A DNA stretch of 41,009 bases from Octopus bimaculoides (Eukaryota): positions 52,742,264 to 52,783,272 of the forward strand of contig NC_068995.1 of NCBI RefSeq assembly GCF_001194135.2, given 5' to 3'. A model generated the notes under the pieces. It was not told the origin of the DNA and did not search any database. It saw only the letters and a list, made by a program, of their open reading frames with translations. Both the position numbers and the translations under genes were made by a program. Below, one piece after another: positions 12,571-23,934 of the stretch. The stretch's first letter is position 1. Every line of letters begins with the position of its first letter.

Positions 12571-12947
12571 AATAATATATATATATATATATACACGCAC
12601 ACATATATATGTAGGGAGAGAGAGAGACTACAATAGATAGAGCACTATAAAGAAACCAATTTTGTGTTGATTAAATGACGAAATTCCAGCAAAGAAAGCA
12701 TAAAATATTGTTAATCCTGCTGTGTATTAATATCAGAAATATCTGATTTATTTTTGTCGCTGTTGTTCTTGTTGTTGTTGTTATTTTCAATTTCATTATT
12801 TTGGTTGGCAGAATATCATACAGCTATATTTATGGAAGACACAAACACCCATAGCTATATACATACATAGATACATGGCCACATCCATATACAAGGATTC
12901 ACATAGATATATCGATAAATATATATAAATATGTTTGTGTGTATATG

Positions 12948-12978
<31 letters not shown>

Positions 12979-13198
12979 ATTACTTTGAAACTATAAACTA
13001 AACCAAACTTGAGATATGTTTTACTTCTAGAATATTGGTATTTCCCTCTGTGAATTAAAAAATTATATACATACATATCTATACAAAAGTTGTGTACACA
13101 CACACACACATTCAAGTATATGAATATAGATGTGGACTGAAATATATCTACAGACATGCCATGTACTGTATCTATATTTGTGTGTGTGTGTGTGTGTG

Positions 13199-13409
13199 TG
13201 TGAGAGCATCAACAGGGATGTTCTGCTTCCCTGGCAAATGACTGTGAAATATAGTCCAGGTGACTGAAAAGCACGAGGAGAGAGTTTGTCTGTTTTAGAA
13301 AACAGTGTGCACATTATATGCGCGGAATCGCTGAAAAAGTTGCGATCAATGGTGGAATCTGTTGATAAGCGCGAACCAGATCAATCTTGGAAAAGATAGT
13401 GGAACCATG
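13199..13409 (-). mobile_element. Ty3/gypsy pol relic with several internal deletions (RT and RNase H motifs)
   Basis: Collinear blocks: HGSTIFSKIDLVRAYQQIP (13353-13409), ATFQRF with one extra T (13325-13343), LFSKTDKLSPRAFQ/HLDYISQ (13242-13305), HLPGKQNIPVDALT (13199-13240). Confidence 0.8.
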
Positions 13410-14137
13410 TGTGCATAGGAGGGAGAGAGAGAAAAAAATGTTCATAAAACAAAAAAAACAATGGTGTTTGCTTTTGTTTTTTTTTCTTCTGTTTGTGTGA
13501 GTGTGTGTATTGCTTGTACTGCGTGCAGGAAAAAAATATTGTTGACCAACCTTACGTCGTTGCTGCAAGGAAAAAAAACAATACAGGCAAAATTTTTTTA
13601 TGTATGTGCGTGTGTGTAGTATTTTTTTTCTTTGTGTGTTGTCCTGTAAGACAATAGATGGAAGCAACGCTTTTTTTTTCTGTTTTTCAAGCCATGTGGA
13701 GTCAGGCGAAAAGAGAAATCACTGTTCACTCGTTTGTTCTTTTCTCAACCTCAATTGGTGTTGAAAGAAAACACGTAAGTGAGAGAAATACGCTCGTATA
13801 TTTATCTAACTATCTATCTATTTATATGAACACACACACACACAGCCAAGTATTATTTCAAAATATTATTGATTTTAGCTAATGCAGAAGTACATGAAGC
13901 GTAACATATTCTAGAGTTTTCTGTTCATCTATGAAATAAAGCAACATTACTAACTGAATTCTCGTACATATTCTACAATAATTCAAGCATGTTTTTAAAT
14001 ATGCTAAACTTATTAGTGAAAGCAGGGAGGATGGGGAGTACAGGCTCCTCTCTTTCACTTAAATATCTTAAATTAATGGACCACCTGGAGGTTTGAATCG
14101 TTACATAGTTTTGTTCCTTGGTCAGCAGCATTTACAT

Positions 14138-14492
14138 CAGTGGATCTCAACTGGGGTCCATTATCGCCCCTGAAAGTCCATGTAAGATTTTCTAGGGGTT
14201 CACGCAACAAATCAGAGAATTGGGGACCCATAGTAGTATTTTAAGGGCCCTTGAAAAAAATTTTGTTTTCGATGTACGTATTGATATGTATTGCAAGAAA
14301 CAGCTGGGTTTCTTTCTTTAACATTTTACATAATTTAATCTACACAAGTGAATGTGTGGAAAACAAAATAGGAATTTTTGGAAGAAGTATCAATAATTAG
14401 TTTTTAAACATTGAATGGCTAATGGGGGGGGGGCACCAGAATAAAATAGTGATCAAAGGAATCCATGGGTAGAAAATGGTTGACAACCCATG
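14138..14492. mobile_element. hAT (Charlie-type) MITE
   Basis: Terminal inverted repeats CAGTGGATCTCAAC / GTTGACAACCCATG (10 of 14 match). 8-bp target-site duplication ATTTACAT (14130-14137) / ATTTATAT (14493-14500). Confidence 0.8.
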
Positions 14493-15551
14493 ATTTATAT
14501 TAAAGATAAATGGTTTTTTTGAATGGTAAGGGAGGGCATAATCACTGGGCTACAGACGTGTATCAAGTTGTGAATCATTTGGTACTGAGCCACACAGAAA
14601 TATTAAATTTTCTAAATTTCATTTCAGTTTTATTAAGTCACTCTCTGCAGATATGGTGACTGGTAGCACTTCTGGGCCACCAGTAATACACTGTTTGATG
14701 ACAAACACGTATGGATTAAAATGTTATCAAACTTTTAACATCTTCTCTTCTCCATTTTTAATTGTTTGTTGACTTTATATAGGACTGTGTTCTATAAATG
14801 ATCACAACACACCTTATATATATATATATATNNNNNNNNNNNNNNNNNNNNNNNNNNNNNNNNNNNNNNNNNNNNNNNNNNNNNNNNNNNNNNNNNNNNN
14901 NNNNNNNNNNNNNNNNNNNNNNNNNNNNNNNNNNNNNNNNNNNNNNNNNNNNNNNNNNNNNNNNNNNNNNNNNNNNNNNNNNNNNNNNNNNNNNNNNNNN
15001 NNNNNNNNNNNNNNNNNNNNNNNNNNNNNNNNNNNNNNNNNNNNNNNNNNNNNNNNNNNNNNNNNNNNNNNNNNNNNNNNNNNNNNNNNNNNNNNNNNNN
15101 NNNNNNNNNNNNNNNNNNNNNNNNNNNNNNNNNNNNNNNNNNNNNNNNNNNNNNNNNNNNNNNNNNNNNNNNNNNNNNNNNNNNNNNNNNNNNNNNNNNN
15201 NNNNNNNNNNNNNNNNNNNNNNNNNNNNNNNNNNNNNNNNNNNNNNNNNNNNNNNNNNNNNNNNNNNNNNNNNNNNNNNNNNNNNNNNNNNNNNNNNNNN
15301 NNNNNNNNNNNNNNNNNNNNNNNNNNNNNNNNNNNNNNNNNNNNNNNNNNNNNNNNNNNNNNNNNNNNNNNNNNNNNNNNNNNNNNNNNNNNNNNNNNNN
15401 NNNNNNNNNNNNNNNNNNNNNNNNNNNNNNNNNNNNNNNNNNNNNNNNNNNNNNNNNNNNNNNNNNNNNNNNNNNNNNNNNNNNNNNNNNNNNNNNNNNN
15501 NNNNNNNNNNNNNNNNNNNNNNNNNNNNNNNNNNCTTCCGATCTTATTGAT

Positions 15552-15856
15552 CTATACACACACACACACAAACAATAAACACACATATATACATATATAA
15601 CCACACACAAACACACATACATACATATATATATGTAGATGCACACAGACACATACACAAACACATATATACATATATAGACACACACATACATATATAC
15701 ATGCATACACAAGTATATACATATATAGACGCGAACTAACACACACATGTATATATATATATAGACACACAGACACACAAACACACGTATGTATACATAT
15801 ATAGACACTCACATACAAACACACACACACATAGACTCTCTCCCTCTCTCTCACAT

Positions 15857-15905
<49 letters not shown>
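15552..15905. repeat. (CA)n/(TA)n compound microsatellite
   Basis: Direct reading. Confidence 0.9.
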
Positions 15906-16554
15906 AACACAAAAGCAATCAAATCTTCAACACGGTGCTTTGATCAGCTGGAGACTATATCAAAAGACACTTGCTCATAGAATAAAAAGCAGTAGGATCA
16001 AATCCAGGAAGGAACGCAGGATGGAACAGTGAACTTCTACATCACTACAAGAATCTTCATGCAATTCCATAGTTCCACATGTACATAGAGCTTCATGTTC
16101 TTCAACTAAGCATGAAATACATTACAATGATGCATGAATCCGGAAGACAACCAAAAAATCTGTTGCCAAGAGATTCACAGACAACCACATGTCTTGCCGA
16201 AAATTCAAGGTTAATGTCTCTTTACTCTGAGAGCATATCAAATATAAAATATTGATCAGTTACATGACCTGCTTTCGTTTCATGATTGCAATATATAGGT
16301 TATTGATTTTTTTAAAAGTGTCAAATCTGGCTTAAAATTGCTTCGTAGAATTGTTGTAGATTTTTAATTCCATGTTGTTGCTTTGCTTGATGTGCTATGA
16401 TACTTTATCATGGCACTTAATGTTCTGGTTTCGAATGTGTTTAGCATATGTATACGTGTACATCCATGCAGACACATGCACACATCCATATATATATGTG
16501 TGCATGTGTGTGTGTGCGTGTATATATATGTGTGTGTGTGTGTATATGTTTATA

Positions 16555-16635
16555 TGTTGCCATCCGGTTTCACCAGTCCTCAGTCAAATCGTCCAACCCA
16601 TGCTAGCATGGAAAGCGGACGTTAAACGATGATGA

Positions 16636-16639
<4 letters not shown>
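16555..16639 (+). mobile_element. 5'-truncated SINE family C tail inside a microsatellite
   Basis: 85 bp identical to 8077-8161. Confidence 0.92.
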
Positions 16640-16670
<31 letters not shown>

Positions 16671-16951
16671 TTTATTTTTTACATATTTTTCATTTTGTCC
16701 TGCCCGCCTAAGCTCTGTGTATTTTTGCTGAATTTTTTCTGGAGAACATTATTTTTCTTTTGTGGTTGGGTCATTGATGACCTCTTTCTAGCATATTGGT
16801 TGTCCACCTAGTGGTCATCCCTTCTTATACACAAGTAATACAATTTTTTCTGAATTATCAGATTTTTTTATATGCTAGACCACTGGTTTTAAATTGAAAT
16901 TAATATTCAATTTATCACCCTCAGTATATAAATATATATATATATATTTAT

Positions 16952-17087
16952 TAAGGCTGCAAAATCTTCACACAACTGTTACTCAGAGTTTCACGTTCCC
17001 ATTCATTGAACAGTATTCATCAGAACTGTCATACGAGCAGGAATGTGAAACTCTGAGTAACAATTTTCTAAAGATTTTGCAGCTTTA
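16952..17087. mobile_element. Foldback (inverted-repeat) element carrying two HHR-like motifs
   Basis: TAAGGCTGCAAAATCTT (16952-16968) / AAGATTTTGCAGCTTTA (17071-17087), 16 of 17 match. GTTACTCAGAGTTTCAC (16978-16994) / GTGAAACTCTGAGTAAC (17045-17061), perfect. Confidence 0.8.
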
Positions 17088-17190
17088 GTAAAAGCATATT
17101 ACTCTACCTATGGTACTCCAGTACTCTTTTTTCCACCTCGTTTTGTATTTATGTGCTTACTTGTGTGTATGTGTGTGTGTGTGTGAGAGA

Positions 17191-17438
17191 TCATCATCAT
17201 CATTGTCGTTTAATGTCTACTTTCCATGCTGGCATGGGTTGGACGGTTGATTGAAAACTGGCAAGCCAGAAGGCTGCACCAGGCTCCAATCCAATCCGGC
17301 AAAGTTTCTACAGCTGGATGTCCTTCCTAACGCCAACCACTCCAAGTGGGTAGTGGGTGCTTTTTATGTGCCACCAGCATGGTTGCCAGTCAGGTGGTAC
17401 AGGCACCGACCATGCTTGAATGGTGCTTTTTACATGCC
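17191..17438 (-). mobile_element. SINE family C
   Basis: (TCA)n tail, CATGCTGGCATGGGTTGGAC, and TTTCTACAGCTGGATGTCCTTCCTAACGCCAACCACTC core. Confidence 0.88.
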
Positions 17439-17701
17439 ATATATATATGGTTAACTGAGTTAGAGGTTAAAATAACCGTCTAAGGGACAGAAGTATCCAT
17501 TATACTCTTGGTATATTACCTATGTTTAACCATGGGCACACATATGCAAGCGTATTATGCTCATAAATTATAGGTAAAGACAAGGATAAACATGGGTTTA
17601 TCAAGAATGAAAATTTAAAGAAAGCAGAAAATGATGTAAGTCAATTGTTGTTCATCGAGATTTCTCCATTTTCTGCCTTCTTTAAAATTTATATGTGTAT
17701 G

Positions 17702-17738
<37 letters not shown>

Positions 17739-18271
17739 GTATGTATATATACACATACATGTATTAATATATACACACATATACACAAATGCTGACGCAT
17801 ATACATACATTTGCACAATTTTGTATCAAGTTAAGAATTAAATTACGCAAACGTCTTTCATAAAAGAAAAACAAAAGAGGCAAATACAAGATAAATAAAA
17901 AAATCAGATGAAAATATGAAAAAAACTACAATAATGGATATAAAAAAAAAATGACACCCCATAATTCTATTCAAAGATAAATATTAATCAGATAATATAA
18001 TAATATATATCTGATTTTTGATGTTTAATTTTTTTTATGTTTACTGTTCATCTGGTTAGATAATTAGATATTCGCTAGTTATCTACTTTGTAAGAACAAC
18101 AACAGGAACAGCAGCAACAACAACGGTATCTGCTTTAATAGCAGACGCAGCAATGAGAGATAGTTTTAGCTGCAGTATTTTGCTGAACAATAACAATTAA
18201 CAAAGCCACAGAAGAATTAATCTAAGAAATAACGAAATAATGATATACAATATGAGGCGAAATTATATATA

Positions 18272-18478
18272 TACTCTTTGATTTGTTTCAGTCATTTGAC
18301 TGTGGCCATGCTGGAGCACTGCCTTTAGTTGAGCAAATCGACCCCAAGACTTATTCTTTGTAAGCCTAGTACTTATTCCACTGGTCTCTTTTGCTAATCC
18401 ACTAAGTTATGGGGATGTAAACACACCAACATCAGCTGTCAAGCAATGTTGTGGGGACAAACATATCCACACACACAT

Positions 18479-18527
<49 letters not shown>
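18272..18527 (-). mobile_element. SINE family B 3' half running into its internal (CA)n
   Basis: TTGTTTCAGTCATTTGACTGTGGCCATGCTGGAGCAC...GACTTATTCTTTGTAAGCCTAGTACTTATTC; homologous to 36533-36952. Confidence 0.88.
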
Positions 18528-18534
<7 letters not shown>

Positions 18535-18657
18535 GTGTTTGTGTGTGTGTGTGTGCATGTGTATTTCAGTAGGAAAGGCTGATAATCATTCCATATTCCA
18601 TTACTTTCTTACCAAAGTTTNNNNNNNNNNTATATGTAAGTATGAATATGTAAAAAT

Positions 18658-18695
<38 letters not shown>

Positions 18696-19052
18696 ATACT
18701 TATCACATGGGAATTATAACAAACAAGAAACAGCCTTCCATATGTCTCCACTCCACCTGTGTTCGAGCTCATCTCCAAGCCCTCTAATCGATATTGGCCA
18801 TTTATTCAGCCTCCATCTGTTATGTCTGCTAATGATACCGAAGGGGATGCAATAATAAATCAACATTGACAGGACTCGACTGTCTTGGGAGGTGGTCATA
18901 CAAAGAGAATGTATGTATATATATATATATACATACACACTGATTGAGCATTATTCTATAACACAAGTCAAGCAATACTGAAAATGTTAGTCTAGAATAT
19001 ACCAGTACTTCAAGATATATATATATGTATGTATGTGAGTATTGTGTGTGTG

Positions 19053-19087
<35 letters not shown>

Positions 19088-20003
19088 NNNNNNNNNNNNN
19101 NNNNNNNNNNNNNNNNNNNNNNNNNNNNNNNNNNNNNNNNNNNNNNNNNNNNNNNNNNNNNNNNNNNNNNNNNNNNNNNNNNNNNNNNNNNNNNNNNNNN
19201 NNNNNNNNNNNNNNNNNNNNNNNNNNNNNNNNNNNNNNNNNNNNNNNNNNNNNNNNNNNNNNNNNNNNNNNNNNNNNNNNNNNNNNNNNNNNNNNNNNNN
19301 NNNNNNNNNNNNNNNNNNNNNNNNNNNNNNNNNNNNNNNNNNNNNNNNNNNNNNNNNNNNNNNNNNNNNNNNNNNNNNNNNNNNNNNNNNNNNNNNNNNN
19401 NNNNNNNNNNNNNNNNNNNNNNNNNNNNNNNNNNNNNNNNNNNNNNNNNNNNNNNNNNNNNNNNNNNNNNNNNNNNNNNNNNNNNNNNNNNNNNNNNNNN
19501 NNNNNNNNNNNNNNNNNNNNNNNNNNNNNNNNNNNNNNNNNNNNNNNNNNNNNNNNNNNNNNNNNNNNNNNNNNNNNNNNNNNNNNNNNNNNNNNNNNNN
19601 NNNNNNNNNNNNNNNNNNNNNNNNNNNNNNNNNNNNNNNNNNNNNNNNNNNNNNNNNNNNNNNNNNNNNNNNNNNNNNNNNNNNNNNNNNNNNNNNNNNN
19701 NNNNNNNNNNNNNNNNNNNNNNNNNNNNNNNNNNNNNNNNNNNNNNNNNNNNNNNNNNNNNNNNNNNNNNNNNNNNNNNNNNNNNNNNNNNNNNNNNNNN
19801 NNNNNNNNNNNNNNNNNNNNNNNNNNNNNNNNNNNNNNNNNNNNNNNNNNNNNNNNNNNNNNNNNNNNNNNNNNNNNNNNNNNNNNNNNNNNNNNNNNNN
19901 NNNNNNNNNNNNNNNNNNNNNNNNNNNNNNNNNNNNNNNNNNNNNNNNNNNNNNNNNNNNNNNNNNNNNNNNNNNNNNNNNNNNNNNNNNNNNNNNNNNN
20001 NNN

Positions 20004-20051
<48 letters not shown>

Positions 20052-20220
20052 CAAGATACAATTTTTTCTTATGAATCTTCTTTTATCAAATGGTTCACCA
20101 GTTTCTCACCAAACCATGACATCTGTCCTGTGACCTACAATTCAGACGGCAGATTTTCAACTATAAAACATGGATAAATGCTTCCTAGCTTATGCTATTT
20201 TCTCTCTCTCTTCCTTTCTT

Positions 20221-20259
<39 letters not shown>

Positions 20260-20488
20260 CTCTTTTTCTCCCTTCCTATCTGTATTACTTCATGTTTTTA
20301 AAAGGTCTGCTCTTTTGGTTTTTAAACAAATCTTTTCAGTCTAATGAAGGACTTACATAGGCCATAGCTCTTTGAAAGCCATTAGAATCGGAAAATAGAA
20401 AGGGTGACATCAACACACACATACATGTATGCATATATAAATATATATATATATTGGTATATACATGCATACACATGCACACACAGAG

Positions 20489-20529
20489 GCACAGGCATAG
20501 TTGTGTAGCTAAGAAGCTTGCTTCCTATA
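20489..20529 (+). mobile_element. SINE family B head fragment
   Basis: GCACAGGCATAGTTGTGTAGCTAAGAAGCTTGCTTCC matches the heads at 22251 and the reverse complement of 36952. Confidence 0.55.
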
Positions 20530-20540
20530 CAGATGCAACC

Positions 20541-20870
20541 CCAGATGGCAACCCCCTTGATTATTATGTGTGGGATGCAGTTGAGTAAGAGACCAACAAA
20601 ACTTCTTGTAACACCAAAGATGAACTGAAGGCAAGGATTATAGCAGCATTCACCAACTTAAACAAGGAGACCATCCAGAAGAGTTGCAGGAGATTCCGGA
20701 GACGTCCTGAGGCCGTGGCTGGAACCAATGGCGATTTAATTGAATAAATTTACTCTTTAGTGTTTCAAGATATTTTTATGTAATTTTGGTAAATATATCT
20801 GTTAAAATGAAATGTTAGTGTTATTTTCATTTTTGTGTAGTTTAGACGACAGTTTATTTATCACACCCTG
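20541..20870 (+). mobile_element. Tc1/mariner transposon 3' end (transposase C-terminus plus terminal inverted repeat)
   Basis: 20541-20747 translates to PDGNPLDYYVWDAVE*ETNKTSCNTKDELKARIIAAFTNLNKETIQKSCRRFRRRPEAVAGTNGDLIE* (SPD.NP.DY.VW motif). The element ends ...CACACCCTG followed by TA. Confidence 0.88.
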
Positions 20871-21093
20871 TATATGTATATATATAATAAATTAATGACA
20901 TGTCAGTAATTTCTCAATTGAACTAGCTGCTAAGAATGTGTCATTTATGCAAATCAGTGTATCTATTTAATAAAGATCTTAATTATAGTGGGTGGCCATA
21001 AATACAATATTACTACAGACAATTAGGGAACTGTGGCATGTATGTGCATATATATGCATACATATACATACATATACATACATACATATATAT

Positions 21094-21124
<31 letters not shown>

Positions 21125-21161
21125 NNNNNNNNNNTACATACATATATATATATATATATAT

Positions 21162-21206
<45 letters not shown>

Positions 21207-21289
21207 CATACATACATACATGTGTAATGACAGTCGTTTATGACTGACTGTTCCACTGTATTTAATTAGTGTAATTAATTCACAGATGT

Positions 21290-21590
21290 AGTATGGGCAG
21301 AAACCAATAATAAATATATGGAGGGACAAGTCGACAGCACTGGAATGGATGTGTGACGACAGTTGTGTAAAGAAGTGTGAAGTGATCCAAGAGGGAGGAA
21401 CTTGTTGAAGAAGACTGGTTGAGACGGGTTAGAAAGCGTTGGAGGATGATCTCAAGAGGCTGAGGGTGAAAGTTATCTAGGAGATGATGAGGGACTGTAG
21501 CACGAGACAGGATGCTTTGTTGATGAAGGAAAATTAAAACCCTCAGCCGGCTTATGCAAGCATGGAAAGACATATGTAAGATGGCGGGAG
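21290..21590 (+). mobile_element. RTE LINE 3'-end remnant
   Basis: DDSCVKKCEVIQEGGTC*RR...LEDDLKRLRV...EMMRD. 3' end ATGCAAGCATGGAAAG resembles the SINE C tail. Confidence 0.72.
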
Positions 21591-21790
21591 TAATGACAAT
21601 CATGGAGGTGGTGGTGGTGGGTGATAGTGTTAGTTATGATGGTGGTGGTGGAGGCCGTGATGATGATGATGATGATGGTTGTGGTGGTGGTATTAGTGAT
21701 GATGTTGGTGGTGGTAGAGGCCATGATGATGATGATGATGTTAGTGGTGGTGATGGTAGTGGTGGTGATGATGATGTTTATGAGACATAT
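21590..21790. repeat. Degenerate (GTG/ATG)n expansion following the RTE tail
   Basis: Direct reading. Confidence 0.85.
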
Positions 21791-22250
21791 CAAAGTCACA
21801 GAAGCCAAATAAGAAACGTTGTCAACTTATAAAATGATGTTTGCCACTAAAATACATTATTATTATTATTAATATTATTATTATCATCATCATCATCATC
21901 ATCATCATTATTATTACTATTTTTGTTTTGCTTTTGTTGTATTGCTGATATGATGAAATTCTGAATACCTGAGAATATTTAATCTTTTTTGAGAGACCAT
22001 AACGAGCTAAGATAATTGTAAAATTAGCAAATAGTTTGCTAGATTGAAATATTGATTTTGGCCTCTTATATAAATATATTTCGCAAGATTACATACTAAG
22101 CTTGTTTACTCTGAGTACAGGGCTAGTCAGTGTGCTAGAAACACCAGTCAAATCTCTCTCCAGTAGCACCCTTCCAATCTTGACTCTCACTTTATATAGG
22201 TGACACCTCGAAGACTATGAGACACAATTCCTCATGAAAAGATCATCAGA

Positions 22251-22418
22251 CATGGCTGTGTGGTAAGAAGTTTGCTTCCCAACCATATGGTTCTGGGTTC
22301 AGTCCTGCTGCATGACACCAACCATGAACAAGTGTCTTCTACTATTGCCTCAGGCTGACCAATGCTTTGTGAGTGGATTTGGTAGATGGAAACTGAACGA
22401 AACCTGTCATATATATAT
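22251..22418 (+). mobile_element. SINE family B 5' half, ending at its internal (TA)n and an N-gap
   Basis: TGGCTGTGTGGTAAGAAGTTTGCTTCCCAACCATATGGTTCTGGGTTCAGTCC...GTGAGTGGATTTGGTAGATGGAAACTGAA. Confidence 0.88.
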
Positions 22419-22529
22419 NNNNNNNNNNNNNNNNNNNNNNNNNNNNNNNNNNNNNNNNNNNNNNNNNNNNNNNNNNNNNNNNNNNNNNNNNNNNNNNNNN
22501 NNNNNNNNNNNNNNNNNNNNNNNNNNNNN

Positions 22530-22575
<46 letters not shown>

Positions 22576-22576
22576 A

Positions 22577-22870
22577 TGGATTCTCCCGTCATTAGAGGAT
22601 ATATGAGGGTTTAACAATTTCTTACTGAACAACCACACAAATGATTTGTCTATAGTGATCAAACGTTTGTGTAGACATAAGCTCACCCCCTCCATCAAAT
22701 CGGCATTACCTGTAGAGGTGCAGCTGGGTGCCACATGTCAGATGTTGAAATGATCGCAGAGAAATGTGAAATGAAGTGCTTTCCTCAAGAACACAACGCA
22801 AAGCCTGGTCTGGGAATCGAACCCACGACCTCACAATTGTGAGTGCAACACCTTAACCACTGAGCTATGC
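22577..22870 (-). mobile_element. tRNA-derived SINE family D, full length
   Basis: Minus-strand head GCATAGCTCAGTGGTTAAGG...GGGTTCGATTCCC (canonical A and B boxes) with a body of about 220 bp. Confidence 0.8.
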
Positions 22871-22878
22871 TATATATA

Positions 22879-23133
22879 TCATCATCATCATCATCATTGT
22901 TTAACATCCGTTTTCCATGTTAGCATGGGTTGGACAGTTCGACTGGGGTCTGGGAAGCCAGGAGGCTGCACCAAGCTCCAATCTGATCTGGCAGTGTTTC
23001 TACAGCTGGATGCCCTTCCTGATGCCAACCACTCAGAGAGTGTACTGGGTGCATTTTATGAGCCACCGACACAGGGCCCAAAGGAGTCGGCATTGACCAC
23101 AATTGGACAGTGCTTTTTACATGCCACCGGCAC
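22879..23133 (-). mobile_element. SINE family C
   Basis: Same tail and core as 17191-17438. A further tail fragment lies at about 23233-23300. Confidence 0.88.
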
Positions 23134-23786
23134 ATTCTATACATATATATATATACGCACACACAGAGAAAGANNNNNNNNNNACATATATATATATACG
23201 CACACACAGAGAAAGAGAGAGAGAGAGAGCAATATCATCATCATCATTTAATGTCCATGCTGGCATGGGTTAGATGGTTTGACCGGAACAGGTAAGGTTG
23301 GAGGGATGCAGCAGGTTCTATATGTGTGTGTGTGGGTTTGTGTGTATTTATCTATCAACTTATTTAGCTACCAAACTATAAATTTCTCTCTCTCTTTCTC
23401 TCCGTATATCTTGTGTTTGTGTAAGTTTGTGTGTGAAGGATATACACAGCTGAGTGAACCATTGAGAGGTGCAAAAGCATTTAATTAAAAAGATGCCGAG
23501 CTGCCAATAAATTTCCATTCCAAGCTGAAATTACATACACTATAGCCATTAGTTTCATATTTTAATGAGATTCAATCAATCATTTAAACTAAATGACACA
23601 CTTTTATATTTATAGACAAGATAATTTATAAGACCATTCCATAAGAACATTAACAATAGAAAAACTCTTTTGATGTAGTTTCTTTCATATATCTTTTAGT
23701 CAGTGGGGATGGGGACAAGGGCAGGCAGCAGAATGTAGCTATGCTGGGGCCCTGCATTAAAGGGTTAGGTGAACAAATCAAACCCT

Positions 23787-23930
23787 TATTTACATTATTT
23801 ACATTTGATGGATATTTGTCCTCATCTTGTTTGTTGTTAACATAACGTTTTGGCTGATATACCCTCCAGCCTTCATCAGGTGTCTTGGACAAATTTCGAA
23901 CCAGGGTTCTCATTCCTAAGGTTTTTTTCC
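23787..23930 (-). mobile_element. 3' half of the HHR-bearing SINE (family F)
   Basis: About 105 bp nearly identical to 35836-35941. Ends in a 10-nt tandem tail (AAATAATGTA). Confidence 0.85.
23839..23884 (-). ncRNA. Minimal type I hammerhead ribozyme motif (G12A mutated copy)
   Basis: GACAC-CUGAUGA-A-GGCUG(10 nt)CAGCC-AAAA-CGU-U-AUGUU. CUGAUGA is intact; GAAA has become AAAA. Confidence 0.65.
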
Positions 23931-23934
23931 TTTA

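Noticed and set aside
15930-16250. Unique, higher-complexity stretch tested as an exon
   Set aside because: All frames hit stops quickly and no good acceptor-donor pair was found.
18720-18870. Protein-like open frame LPYVSTPPVFELISKPSNRYWPF
   Set aside because: Preceded by a stop, no pyrimidine tract or donor, under 50 codons.
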